A DNA stretch of 63,006 bases, filler included, from Welwitschia mirabilis (lineage: Eukaryota), in NCBI GenBank assembly GCA_051453625.1. It is 6 parts of one record of this genome, joined end to end, with 100 filler letters (N's around TTAATTAATTAA, not from the genome) between each part and the next. Parts side by side here need not be neighbours in the genome. Positions count along the whole stretch, not along the records: positions 7,396 to 20,747 come from JBOZIK010000001.1; positions 20,848 to 27,870 come from JBOZIK010000001.1; 4 more parts are not named here. One strand, 5' to 3'. Within the stretch, counting starts at the first letter, position 1. Every line of letters begins with the position of its first letter. Made by a program: the position numbers and the translations under genes. Positions 12,030-25,449 of this stretch are shown in pieces. The notes beneath the pieces were generated by a model, which was given only the letters and a program-made list of their open reading frames with translations, made no database searches and was not told the DNA's origin.

Positions 12030-13700
12030 ACCCCCATACACTTGTCATCTCGGTCCACTGTGTAATGCACATTGCATGACTCTTAGGTAGGCATTGGATG
12101 GATTCGAGGTAGAAAGGAAAAAGGAAACAAAAGGGAAGAATTTAGGTGGCTAGGGAGGAGGATTGATCCTTCTGGTAAAGAGCATGAGATGAAAAGGATG
12201 AGGTGAGTGTTGAGAGAGTGGAAAGGAGGGTGGGAGGGAGTGAAATATGAAAGGAAAATAAAGAGAAGAGGAAATAGAGGCAGTAGAAAGAGATAAGAGG
12301 TTCCTTCTAGGTCATGGGAAGATCATTCATGTTTTGGGAATAGGAGGCAAGCAAAGGAGGCTTTTGATGATGTTCTTTGTTGAAAGGAGGCATTAGTGGA
12401 TTAGCGAAGATCTGAATAGACTCGATGGGGATTGAAAGTGTTTCTACTACAAAGGGGAAGTTTTGGAAGGGCCTCTAGAAATTAAAGGAGATCTCTTCCA
12501 TGCGACACACAAGGACAAAAGTCGAAGGGGCTTTATCTTCCATGCCCTAGGTGTGGAGAACAGATAGGAGGTCTTCTAGAATTAAGGGGAAAGTTTAGAA
12601 ACCATGGTAGAGGATGTTAGAGGGATGAAGAGAAGCAAGGGGTGGGGGGTGAGAAGGCCTTTCCAATAGAAGAGAAAGACCCCTAGCAGGGAGATGAGGA
12701 CGAGGGAAATGAGGAAAGGAGGATTGGAGTCCTCAAGCCTAAAGATGCAAGCTCATAGATGGACTAGTCTACAAGAGAGATACTTGGATAATATCCAAAG
12801 ATTGAAGGTAGCCTCCTAGATTGGAGAGGTTTCCTTAGGCATGGAAGAAAGCGAGAGGGACCTAGATCCCACACCCTGGGTGTGGAAGGCCTATGGAGAA
12901 GGAGAGGTTGAAGGAAAGAGAAGGGGAAAAAGAAGAGAGAGGAGCAACAAAATGAAGGAAGGAGACCCTCCTCAACACGGAGTAGAGATTGAAAAGAAGT
13001 CTCTATCCAAGGGAAGGGACGAGAAGAGGGATCATAGATCCTTTGAGATAATGATTTGCCACCGAATGACTTTGAAGTAGGATTCAGTTGGAAGAGGAAT
13101 GTGTCTGATGTTGAAAGGGAGTCTAAGGGGGTTGGGAAGGTATGGAGAGGCTAAAGAAGAAAGGAGAAAGACCGCTTTCACAGCGTAGGCATGGTGGGGA
13201 TTGGAGGACCATGTGTTCTACACCCTAGGAGTGCAAGACAATGAGATGAGGTTGAAGGGAAAAAGGGAGGAGGAGAGGGGAAGAGACCAAGAGGGTCTTC
13301 TAGAGCTCGGGACAAGGAGGATGGAGATGAGTTGAGTACGTCTACTAGTTTGAAGGTTTGAGGTGTGGCCCATAGGTGAGGGGTTCAGTTCAAGGAGGCA
13401 ACCTATCCAACTAAAGGGCTGGGGAAACCAAGAGGCAGGAGAAGCTACCTGGACCACCAGAGGTGCCAAGAGGAATGTACAAGGAGGAGGAGGAACCTGG
13501 GTGTGGAAGAAACAAATGGAAGCCCCATGGAAGACTTGGGGAAAGGCTTTGGAGGGTTAGGGAAAAAGGCTAGGGAAAAGGATGGAAAAGGGAGGAAAAA
13601 GATGAAAAAGGTAAAGGGGGATGCTTGGGAATGAGGGAAGGAGCTTTAAGAAGAAAGATTCTTCCACTTGATGGAGGTTTGTTTGGGTGCCAACACTTGT
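12030..13700 (-). mobile_element. Degenerate purine-skewed Ty3/Gypsy internal region
   Basis: Strongly GA-rich plus strand, similar in style to 26600-27000 and 47780-48690; PBS-like TGGCACCCAAAC on the minus strand at about 13681-13692. Confidence 0.35.
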
Positions 13701-16599
13701 GCACCACTAGTCATTCACCTTGGAGGAGGGGAAGAGAGTAAAGGAAGATATTCCTTGAGGGGAAGCTTAGCTTCGAGGAAGGGAGGTGAACAAGGCCATA
13801 ATTAAGGCTAATCACAATTAAGCACTCTCTAATCATGGCTATTATGAGGATCTAGGATGATTGTTTTTGAATTGACATGTGAGGAGAGATTAAAAAAGGT
13901 AGTTAAGCACAACTTTTATGACAGAATGGTATAGAGGCAAGACAAAGGCTAGGTCTAGTAAAAATGGTCTTTGAAGAGTTGTTTTGTTACAATCAAATCA
14001 AGTCCTTATTAGTAACCATCAATCAGGTCATGCTTTTAAAACTAATGGGATGGGATCCAAGGTAAAGTACATTATGGTTCCCAAAATATTCAACTGTTTA
14101 TAAAGGAAGGATCAAGGGATTATATTCACTTGCTACCTTATTCACTTTTGCCTTGCAAGTTTAATAGTTGGCACCCTTCTCTTTCATTATTGTTTGCACA
14201 TGGCTAGCTTACCTAGTCCCATTTCAATGAAGAGGGGATCCTTCTCAAGGGCTTCAAAAGAAGAGAACAAGACACCGCCTTTATAGTTGAGTGTTCTTTC
14301 CTTGCATTTGCTATTTTTAGCATTTGTCCCTTTCCATTTGTGTCTTAGGGTAAGAACTCTTTTGAGGGAGTCCCGTTGTTCCTGAGAGTCAAGTTGGATG
14401 ATTCCTACACTACAAACCTATGAAATGGATGGCAACTTACCACTTAGGAAAGGAAGGTGGTAGGAAACATGGGACTATAAACTACTACTTCCTTTTTGAG
14501 CATAAGGAGTGACCACTCCATAGATCATAACCTTTGCACGACTAGCTTGTATAAACTCATCTACTTTTCCAACTTTAAGACACCCTTATAGAGCATATCA
14601 TCACCAATAGGGATCCTATCAAACAACATAGTTGGTTCCCTTGTATCTCTGAATCCAAGTTTGCATGCTTTGTCCACTTTGGAATCTACATTTTATAGAA
14701 GACATGACACTATATTTTACCTTCCTTGCAGAAAAAGCACCAATAACTAGTCTCTTTGTAAGAATTTCTTTCCCTCTTAGAGGAGTGGAAGACACCAGAG
14801 CTTCTAGCAGAGATAGTCAAAAGTGAGAAAGGGATCTTGGTCTAATTGTTAAGAGAGCTTATGAGATCCAACTACTTTTTCATTCGCTACATAATCATGC
14901 TATTAGATAAGGGCACCCATGTCCCTTAGGTGGTCTTCAAGTCAATGTGTGAAGTGGTAAAGAGGAAAGCGCGATATGCCTGGGCCAAATTCATTTAAGA
15001 TGAGGTAGCTATTATCTCGACCCACCATTAGAAAAACGAGAAGGTGAGGTGTGTGGCCTCCTTTTATACTTGAGGGATGAAAGTGTGCTATGCTAGCCAC
15101 ATTAATAGGAATGATGTGCTCCCTCTTTCGCCCGATGGGGAGGCTATGTTGGGAAACTCATTCCTTGGGATGGGGATATACACAAAGGAGTCTTGTCTCA
15201 AAAAGGTCTATATTTCTAATGACACCAAGAAAGAGGAGTCGAATGTGTTCGATGACAAAATTTCAAATTACAACCAAGTCTTTATTGCCACAGAAAGGAC
15301 ACTCGCTTCATTAAAGGCATCTTTTTTGAAGGTAAAGGAAAAGTACTTGATGATAAGAACTTGGTGCTTTTCAATCTGTGACAAGTGAATCTAGTTAACT
15401 TTGCCTCCTCTTATTTTCCTCTTTGACTCCTTTCTAACATGTTTTACTCTTATTGCAAGGGAAGGAGATAGAACCACCTCTTACTAGGCTAGGATGCCCT
15501 TTTCAGCAAAGGGGAAGTTTGTCTCTAGTGAGTATTTCAAACCTACACAATTTTTCTTCTTTCCTCCTTCATGTACTCAGTTTTTTGTCCTTGAGTTATT
15601 TGTAGAAATGCCTTCCTTATTCTTAAGAGCAAAGGGGAAGACCATCTATGGGAAGAGGAGGAACAAGAATATTTGCCCTATGTAATTAGATCCCTGGTCT
15701 TTATATTCACTAATCACCTTTTCATCACCAGATCTAAGAGCCATCATATCTTCTTGGAGGGAGCTGTGGAGAGGGGGCTACCTTTTAGGTACGAAATATA
15801 TCACTTTTAGTTTCTCCATCATGAAGATGCATTAAGAGGAGAGGAAATAGAGTGCTTCAAATTTGGAAGAGTACTAAACCTGATTGGCAGAGCTGGAGTA
15901 GTAACAACAGAGAGCCAAGGTAGGAGAGAGGGAGGCCAAATCATTCAAAAGGAAAATGAAGCGCTTAGCCAGCACCTTTAAGAAGTCTATAGCTTCTCAA
16001 AGAGTGCCATTAAAGCTAAAATCGCCAACCTAAAGGAAGAGCTACCCAAGACATAGAAGGTGGCATAACGACTCCACGGGATGATAGAAAGGTAGGCAGA
16101 GAAGAAGAAAAGCATATTAGTGGAGCTTCTTTACTTGTGGGTTCCTCCCACTCCTCTAGAGACCTTGGGATAGTGTTATGCTAAGAACTTGGGACACTTT
16201 CTCTCCTTTGGATTCCATCAAAGCTCATAGAGGCTCTTATTTTTCCCCTTGATAAACAACAGTAGTTCCTTTCCCTGTTCTTCTTCAAATGTAGTAGTGG
16301 AAGCCATTTGTGGCTTCCTTTAGTAGCATTCCATCGTTTCATAGTAGTAGCATTAGACTCCACTTAATGTAACGTGTGTACTAGTTTTCAATAAAAGAAG
16401 ATTGGTACATGTTCTGTTGAAATGCATCTCTCTCTTGTCTTCACTAACGTCTTCCAATATAACTTGCTTGTTACCTTACCAACCCTTTGACACAAGACTA
16501 GGTGGGGAAGGAGGAGGATGGAGAAAAAGAAAAACTAAGTAGAAATTTGCTAAATGTTGAAAGGAAAAGACTTTAAAACAAAGGTTTAAAAACATAAGG

Positions 16600-18590
16600 C
16601 TAACCTATTACTATACATTAGGTTGAGATTGTTAAGGGAGAAGATCAAGTTTGGGAGATGCCTAAAACGGCCTTAAAGGAATAGTGGACTTGGTAACCAT
16701 TGAAGCTCTTTACAATCAATGTATTCTGACTTGAAATCTTGAGCTCCCATGAATGTTGGAATTTGTTATGGCCCTAAACAAACTAGGGCAAACTTCGAAG
16801 GAGTTCACACCTTGTATGCTACTCTGTCCCTTGTCAAGATGAGATCTTCAATAAGGAAGCCCTTCAATGTGGCCCTTTTATCAACCACCACTTCACTATG
16901 GCCTAGTGCCCAAGCATGGAGTAGAGGACTTCATTCGTATGTCTTGCACATCTAGGAGTGCAAGCTCCCCATCAAGAAGAGCTTGGGAGGAGTCTTAAGT
17001 TCTACTCCATCAAGTCATAGGTAGCCAAGTGAAGTTGGATTGAGAAACATCTAGTATGGATTGGACTGAATGCTTGCCTTATGTCTAAGTAGTGAACCCA
17101 AAGGGCATACTTGATTAAGGGATGCCAAAATTTTGGTCCCTTTTGAATGGTAGATTGCATCCCCACATGAAAGTTAAAAAAACTGTTCTCTTCCCACAGA
17201 TGAGGGAGGAGTGGATGCAAGAATTGTCTTCTTTATCCTAGCTAGGAGGTTCTCATTGTAGGCTTCAGCTAGGCCTTCACCTGGTGGGTAGTATTTGGTG
17301 TAGATTTTTAGAAAGATGTACTCATCATCACACAGATTTGCAACATGAATGAAGGTAAAAGCCTTCCCATTATTAGAAACCATAGTGTAGGGTGCCCACC
17401 TCGGGGCATGACATTATTTTTTAGGAAGTCAATGACAATCTTTATTGTGGAGAGGCAAGGAGGCTCAGCCTCCATCGAACAAGTGCAGTAGACTGTTGTA
17501 GTGATGATGAAGGAGAGACTCATTGAAGAGGGGAGGTAAATCCTCCCAATCAAGTCCAAGGCCCACTTTGCAAAAGGGTGTGTCTCAGAGATAGGGAAGG
17601 GAGGTAAGGCAAGCTTCCTATCCTTGGAAGAAAGCCTCTACTAGATATTGTAGGTCTGTGCATGCTTATGAACATCCTTAGGCATAGTGCCACTGAGGCC
17701 AGGGATTAGTAGCTCTCATTATCTACGCTACCTAGAGTCAAGCTAAGGTGTGCATGCCATCTATTTGGTCATGGAATATCATGGAGAAGCTCTTAAACGT
17801 CTTGCATGTTTGCATATCGAAGTTACACTTTGCCACTTCACTTGAAAAAGCTCCATTGTTTAATATGAACCTGGCAACATGGAAGGCCTTCTTAATAGGA
17901 GAATAGGCCTTTCCTACTTTGATGAGCTGGGGTTCCTCAGTAGAGCCAAGGTGAACTTCCTCTACTTCATCATTTATATAGGTCTCAGGGAGGGAGAGGT
18001 CAAACTTAGTGTTGAAGAACTTCTCCAATTGAATGAATCTAATAACAATCTTGTTTATTACAGAGTTGGAGCATCCCATTATTTGTGAGATGACCATATA
18101 GTTCCATTTCTTCATCATCAATGGTCTATATGTCCAACTCTCCCTTTAGTGGAGAAATCTCAGAATCTAACTCTCTGCTTCAAAAACTTGGAGGACCCGC
18201 ACTTTGTCTGGGATGGACTTCTTATGAAAGGAGATAATCTAGAAGTCCTCTACATTTATGCCATTCATTGGGGTTCCATTGGTAGCTTCATTGGTAGCTA
18301 AAGCTACAACCTTATACTCTAAGGAGTTCTTTCCTTTGGAAATCTGAGAGAGTCCACTCATCAAAATGGCTAAGTAGGTATGCTTTCAAAAGGGGGTTGT
18401 GGGCATGGTAGTCCCCTCTGGCTTGGTTGACTACAACTCTGAGTCTCCAAAAATGTGAACTTTCTTAACTTTAAGAAAGCATGCTCACTTCAAGGCCTTA
18501 ATGAGAACCTCATACTTTGCAGAACCTCATACTTTGTAGCATTATTGGAGACATGAACTTCAACCTAAAGCCCTTCTTAATGCAATGGCT
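16600..18590 (-). pseudogene. Decayed Tat/Ogre-type pol: RNase H-like, pre-RT linker and integrase fragments
   Basis: Minus-strand peptides PFAKWALDLIG, MVSNNGKAF, YYPPGEGLAEAYN (integrase core), EEVHLGSTEEPQLIKVG and SNNATKY (cf. the Tat additional RNase H motif SNNxAEYEAL); many stops and frameshifts. Confidence 0.75.
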
Positions 18591-19747
18591 AGAAGATTAA
18601 ATTTTAATGTTCCTAAATAAATGTGGCATCATAAGCCATGCCTCTACTACTATAAGCCTCTCGGCTCCCCAAAATCCTATCAACTTCCAAAAATCTATTA
18701 TTTTCATCTAAATCCTGCCATGGGCTTGATACCCCTCAGGCTAGATATCACTTGGGCTTGATATCTTTTAAAATAATAATAATAATAAAAATATCGAATC
18801 CCAAATATTAGTAGAACCCTAACCGAAAAGACCAATGTCATCTTGACTCACGACAGGTTATCAATAACCCTTAAGTTGGTCTATAAATATACCAATGAAA
18901 CCCTTATTGTAGGGTAAAATTTTGAAGGAAAAAAATTCAGACCTAGTATACCTATCCAATTGTTGTAACTTTGTTTTGACTAGAGAACTGACCACAATAG
19001 CTACCCACCGCTATTCTTTCCTACACAAAGCTTGAATACCCCTCAAATTCTTTCAAAATCCCAGCCATTATTCTACTCAATCACCCAAAACCTATATGTT
19101 TTCATTTCGCTAGTTTCCTCAAATATTTCTGGGCATGCATGAACCCTTTGTAACAAAACACTATTAATAGAAAGCTATTTTTGATTGCTTTAATTTTTCA
19201 CACACTGCAATTTTTAGACAATTTTACATTCTTTGTTGACATTGGTGTCTTCTGAAGGCTTCAAGAATTCTATAAGTTTCGTCATTTCAATGTTTTGTTT
19301 TTGTTTGCAATACAATTTCAATTGTTGTTTCTATTTTTGTTTCAATCTCTACTTTTGTTTTCATTTCAGCATTAGCTGTTATTAGTATTCAGATGACAAA
19401 GACTTTAGACCTTTTTCCTGCATAAAACTCAACAAACCAAAGTTGGAATTGTTAGCATACAATCTATTTTATCCATTTCTCCCAAGCAAATGTCCAAGTT
19501 AAAGCATCCAACAAGACCATCATTTTACTCATTGAGATGATTGTCAGGTCTAACCCAAAATCATGGCATGAATTGGGCATATCACATCAGCTTGTAGACA
19601 GCTACTAGTAAAACACCTTTTTGTCTCACCTTTAGCTCTAAATTTGTATTGCTTATTGAACCTACATCTTCTCTTATTGTGTCACACTACAAGCCTTCAT
19701 TCTCGATCCCCCACCTCATATAGAAACTGGCTTCCTGAGGTTAACCT

Positions 19748-21538
19748 TCTTGGAGGCCCCTTACCATCACACCAAAAGCCATGACTTAGGTGAAAGCTGG
19801 AACTCTTTATAATTACCCACTTGTCAGGCTGGGCATGGGCACCGCATACCCAACAATCTCCCCCTTGATCCACAGGCCAAGTGCTCACATGAATCTTTCG
19901 AACTTCTTGTACCACTGTCTAGGAGCTTGCTTCAATCCATATAAACTTTTCTTCAACCTTCACACAAGGTTTTCTTTATCAGCAACTTGAAAACCTTCTG
20001 GTTGTACCATGTAGATGTCTTCCTCAAATTCACTATGCAAAAAGGCAGTTTTTACATCTAGTTGCTCTAGATGCAAGTCCTCTGCAGCTACAATGCTCAG
20101 CACTAATCTGATAGTAGTCAACTTTACTATAGGAGGAAAAAAATCTCTGTGTAATCAATTCCCCTTTTCTGCTGGAATCACTTCACTACTAGCCTTGCCT
20201 TGTATCTCTTGCTGCCATCATGCTCTTCCTTAATCCTATACATCCACTTATTCTATAATGCTTTCTTTCCTTTTGGCAACTCAGTAAGTGTCCTTGTCTT
20301 ATTCTTTTGGAGTGACTCCATCTCATCTCTCATGGCCAACTCCCACTTAACAGAATCTGTTGGCTGCATTGCTTCATCAAAACATTCTGGTTCCTCAACA
20401 TCAGTCAAGAGTAAATAATGTAACAAAGGAGAGTACCTTTGTTTGGGCTTAGGTGTTCTTGCAAACCTTCTCAACTGAGGTTCTGATGTAACTGATTCTG
20501 ACTCAGCTTCTCTATTTTCGGGATTCTCTTGAGTCCTTTCAGCTACATCGCTCTTTGAGATTTCTTCCAGTTTAACCTTCTCACTTTCTACTTTCCATTT
20601 CCCTACATTGTTATATTCTGGTCCACACCTGTCCTTGTACACCACATTCTCATTAAATGTAACATCCTTGTGCCTTATAATTTTCCTATTCTGATCATCC
20701 CAAAAGCGATAACCAAAATCATCAGAACCATAACCAATAAAATAGCANNNNNNNNNNNNNNNNNNNNNNNNNNNNNNNNNNNNNNNNNNNNTTAATTAAT
20801 TAANNNNNNNNNNNNNNNNNNNNNNNNNNNNNNNNNNNNNNNNNNNNGAATCAAGTCGCGAACTTCTGATAGCTTCAACATCTGACCTCTCGACGAGCTG
20901 CTTACTGTAGTCACAGTTGCAGACCAACTTTCAGGCAGTGATGATAATAAGATCAATGCTCTAACTTCGTCCTTAAACGTGATCTTCACTGACCTCAACC
21001 GATTTGTGATCTTGTTGCATTCGTTGATGTGCTTTGTAACTAATGCACCCTCAGACATCCTCAGATTAATTAATCGACACATCAGATATACCTTGTTTGG
21101 GGCCAAAGGCTTCTTGTACATATTTGATAAGGTCTTCATCAAACCCTGAGTAGTCTTCTCATTGGCAATGTTAAGCGCAACGTTCCATGACAACGTCAAT
21201 TGGATCACCTCAAGTGCCTGGTGATCTAATAGACCTCAATCTTCCTTCTTCATATTATCTGGTTTCTTTCCTGACAACAGTTCGTGCAACTTCTTCTGGT
21301 ACAGATAGTCCTCAATCTGCATCTTCCAGAAACTGAAGTCTGCCCCACCAAACTTGTCAATCTTGACTTTCCCATCTACTGATGTTATTGCTCCCACTCG
21401 TCCTCTGTGAATGTGATCGCTTTGATACCAGTTGTTGGGCCAATTACCATTACACCAAAAGCCATGACTTAGGTAGAAACTGGAACCCATCATATTTACC
21501 CACTTGTCGGGCTAGGCATGGGGACCGCATACCCAACA
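19748..21538 (-). mobile_element. Short non-autonomous Ty1/Copia (Tork/Tnt1-like) with about 106-bp LTRs, nested in the Tat integrase
   Basis: LTRs about 19748-19855 and 21433-21538 (TGTTGGG...CCCAACA); PBS TGGTATCAAAGC (21419-21430); PPT AAGGGGGAGAT (19856-19866); gag IDKFGGADFSFWKMQIEDYLYQKKL; RT LYGLKQAPRQWYKKF. Confidence 0.9.
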
Positions 21539-22910
21539 ATCACCTAATCATTGCCTTCCATATCGCCCATCACCAATCAGACATCCTTAAAACCTTTAAA
21601 AAACACATCCAACCCTGTGACCTTTACATTGGCATGCTGTTCCTTATCCAAATTTGCCTTTAATTGGATTGGACCTTATATCATTCATGCTAAAGATCCC
21701 AAAGGGGCATTCAATTGGAAACCCCTTGATGAGATACTTCTCATAGAGCTTGTTGGTATTCAATTTCTCAAATGCTACTATCATAATTTCCCACCCACAT
21801 GCATCCCACCCTTCTTANNNNNNNNNNTTGTTCGTGCTTCTCTCTAATCTTATTCTTCTACGTCTCCTAGCTATATTACCTCTATTTTGCATCTCTCTTT
21901 CATTGCGTAACACTCCTTCTTAAAAACGTACCATCTGATATTCCCATTTGTCTACTCCCTTTCTTTTGCTCCCTTCTTTTAACTCTAGTCTATATCTATA
22001 TCTCAATCTCCTTGTTTCTCTATCTTCTCTACATGCACTATTTCGTGACATGTACAAACATCTCCCCATCTAATATTTTCGTCTTCTATGTTAACCCTAT
22101 CTATATCTCCTATTATTTCCTTGTCACTTGCTATTCCTTTTCTTCTATAAATTCTAAATTCTCCACAATTGCTCTTCCTCCAAATACTTGGAATTTTTTA
22201 TTGCAGGTTCTACTTATTTGATCATAGCACCATTGGTCTCAGCAATCGACATCACCAACGTATTCTGGCACTTACTTCCTCTACTTCTATGCCACATTGC
22301 AAAGAGCGGCCCCCATCAGTATTACACCAACATCATAGAACACTGCAATTTATCCAATGGTGTCTTAGCAACAAGAAGGCACGCCATGCATTTTTCACCC
22401 CAACCAAGCATGCCCTTGCTTCATCAACAATTGCAATAGCACAATGACATCTTCAACTTTAGTCCAAGTCTCTAGCAGCCAGCTAGCAAAATCAAATTAA
22501 CATCATTTTGTTCTTTCTATGCATTCTTCATAGCATCTTAGAATACTTGCATAGAGGGGCAAACTGTAAGATCAAATTTCATCTTCTTAAATAAATGTGG
22601 CATCTTAAGTCATGGCTTGGTGCCCACAAGCCCCTCTGTTATCCCTTGAATCCCCCCAAATTCTAAAAGTCCTATCATCCTCATCCAAGTCCTGCCATGG
22701 GCTTAATACCCCTGTGAGGCTTGATGTTCTTTGGGCTTAACATCTCGTAACAAAATCATTAAAATAAAATAAATATATCAAATCCCAAATATTAGTAAAA
22801 CCCTAACCAAAAATATCAATTATATCTTGACACATGGTAGGGTACCAGTAACTCTAAAATAGTTTATAAACATAACAATGAAACACTTATTTTTAAAAAA
22901 TAATTTGGAC

Positions 22911-24802
22911 CATATAGTTAAAATGTGGATCGGAATCGCGATTCTAGCGATCTTGAATTGCGATTCCCAGAAAACTGATCCGATTTACCTTGGAAGCGTG
23001 TTTTTCTGGGAATAGTGATTCTGGTGATCTAGAATTGCGATTCCTGGGATTCATGCGATTCCAGCGATTCCAGGATCTTCTAGGATAAAATAGTCCAATA
23101 AAAGTGAAAAATCTTGATTTTCCCCACATTTTCAATTCCATCTTGCATTGAGAACATTGCTTCATTTCCATAGTAACCTAGACACGTATAATTTTGACAT
23201 TAAAACCATTTTATTGAATGTAATGTATTTTCCCTTTTTTTCAAGATTTCTAACATGGATGATCATCACAATTGTGTTATAGTTACAATGTTAAAAGCTT
23301 TTCACCTAAGGTACTACAATATAGACACCTACATAATATGTTGCATATAAGATCGATCCTTTTGGGAAATTGTNNNNNNNNNNNNNNNNNNNNNNNNNNN
23401 NNNNNNNNNNNNNNNNNNNNNNNNNNNNNNNNNNNNNNNNNNNNNNNNNNNNNNNNNNNNNNNNNNNNNNNNNGTCTGCAGACAATATGCCAGCATAATG
23501 CTTTCTCAAGAACAGACTCTTCACAAGAAGAGTAAACACATTGAAATCAAATATTACTTCATAAAAGACAATGTGAAGGAGGGAGTAATCATGCCCAAGC
23601 ATGTTTCTACGAATGAACAAGTTGCTGATATATTGACAAAGAAGCTGCCAATATGCAATATGGAGCATTTCATCTTCAAATCAAACATGATTTTTTGGTC
23701 TCCAACATTTAATTTCCACATTGTCCCAATGGATTATTGGTGTAATGTCGTCCAATGTGGACACATCATATGTTTGTGTCATGGTTATGTGTTAATGTTG
23801 TTGCCCAGAAAGTTGTGAACTTAGAAAACTTTATGTTAAGAAAAACATAAGGGTGTTTTGTAAGGGATTATATCCCATACGGGTTAGAAAGGAAGGATAA
23901 CTCCAAACCCCTCTATAAAAGACTTGATTGATGTAATGGAATATATGAGACTGATGCCTCTTGAAGAGAAGAATGAAATGCTAGAGAACTTCTGTCACAT
24001 CTTTTTGGTTGTCCTTTTCTTGATGCTTTAGTTTTTTTCGTGCTTTAGTTAATGCTTGAAATTTCCTGGGTCTTGCTTGATTCCACACAATTAAAATGCG
24101 GATCAGAAACGTGATTCCGACGATTTGGAATTGAGATTCTGGTGATTCTAGCAATTCTGGGAATTCCAGAATCTTTTAGCGTAAAACAGTCTAGTAAAAG
24201 TGAAAAATCTTATTTTTTCCCCATATTTTCAATACCATCTTGGATCAAGAACATTGCTTCATTCCCTTAGTAACCTAGACGCATATAATTTTGACATTAA
24301 ACTACCATTTCATTGAATGTAAAGTATATTCACTTTTTTTAAAATTTTTGACATAGAAGATCATCGAAGTTGTATTATAGTTGCAATGTTAAAAGCTTTT
24401 CACCTATGGTACTAGAATACAAACACCTACTATAATATGTTGCATATAACATTGATCTTGTTGGGAAATTGTATATATTTTACTTTTTATATTTTGTTTT
24501 AAACTTTAAAAACTATATGCAATATTGTTTTCTACTTTAAATTGTTTAATACACTTTAAAAACTATGGTTGGTAATCGATACTTACTAGTCTCGTAATTA
24601 ATAACAATACTTTTATATTGTTTTTGAACTTAACTTATCCTTAAAAATTCAATATCTTGAAATCTACCTGAAAAATATCATATCTTAGTATAGTTACTTC
24701 GTGATTCCGCGTGATTCCGGGTCACGATTCTGGCGATTCCTATGATTTGGATCTTTCAACCACAAAAACGTTTGTGTAGCGATTCCACATTTTAAAAGTA
24801 TG
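22911..24802. mobile_element. Non-autonomous hAT-type DNA transposon
   Basis: TIRs CATATAGTTAAAATGTGGA / TCCACATTTTAAAAGTATG (16/19 match); 8-bp TSD ATTTGGAC (22903-22910) / ATTCGGAC (24803-24810); subterminal GCGATTC/GTGATTC repeats at both ends; host LTR resumes across it. Confidence 0.85.
23474..24029 (+). mobile_element. Copia RNase H tail plus probable short LTR inside the hAT element
   Basis: HKKSKHIEIKYYFIKD...VSTNEQVADILTKKL; TATA-like CTATAAAA at about 23913; segment ends ...CCACACA at 24029. Confidence 0.75.
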
Positions 24803-25449
24803 ATTCGGACCCAATACTCGGACCCGATACACCCATTTGGTTGCCATACTGCTTCCAATTAGAGAATGAACCATTATAGGTACCCATGGCTATTCTATCT
24901 TACCCAAAGCCTAAATGCCCCCAAAATTCCTCCAGGAATCCTAGGCATTATTCTACTTAATTAACCAAAACCTGAACATTTTCATTCTGCAAGTACCCTC
25001 AAATATTTCTCAGCATGCATGAGCCCTTTGTGATGAAGAGTAAAAAGTTGTTTTTGATTGCTATAATGTTTCACCTATTGTAATATTTAGACGATTTCAC
25101 ATTCTTTCTTTATTAACATTGGTATCTCTCAAGGGCTTCAAAAATTCTGTAAGTTTCAACACCTCAGTAGTTTATTTTCGTTTGCAATCTAATTTTAGCT
25201 GTTGTTTCTGTTTTTGCTTTAATATCTGCTTTTGTTTTCATTTCGGCATTAGCTATTATTTGTATTCAGCCAACATTAACTTTAAACCCTTCACCCTCTT
25301 AAAACTTAGCAAATCAAAATCAGAATCATTATCACACAATCTCAGCTCCATCCATTTTGCGAAACCCCAAATAGGGTTGATCTCCTAGGGCTAGATTATT
25401 CACCCTTACAATGACCATATGGAGCTTGAAGGACCACCCCAACACCATG

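Larger units (their letters stand above)
18590..25360 (+). mobile_element. Deleted Tat-like element: LTR (about 18590-19475), integrase remnant, PPT, LTR (22565 to about 25360, split by the hAT insertion)
   Basis: PQANVQVKASNKTII..NPKSWHE (about 19480-19575) and KFAFNWIGPY...FLKCYY (about 21650-21782); AGAGGGGCAAAC then TGTAAGA at 22565; 18600-19470 aligns to 22570-22910 joined to 24803-25355. Confidence 0.75.

Noticed and set aside
19743-21543. TSD for the short Copia element
   Set aside because: Flanks AACCT and ATCAC do not match and the left terminus is degenerate.
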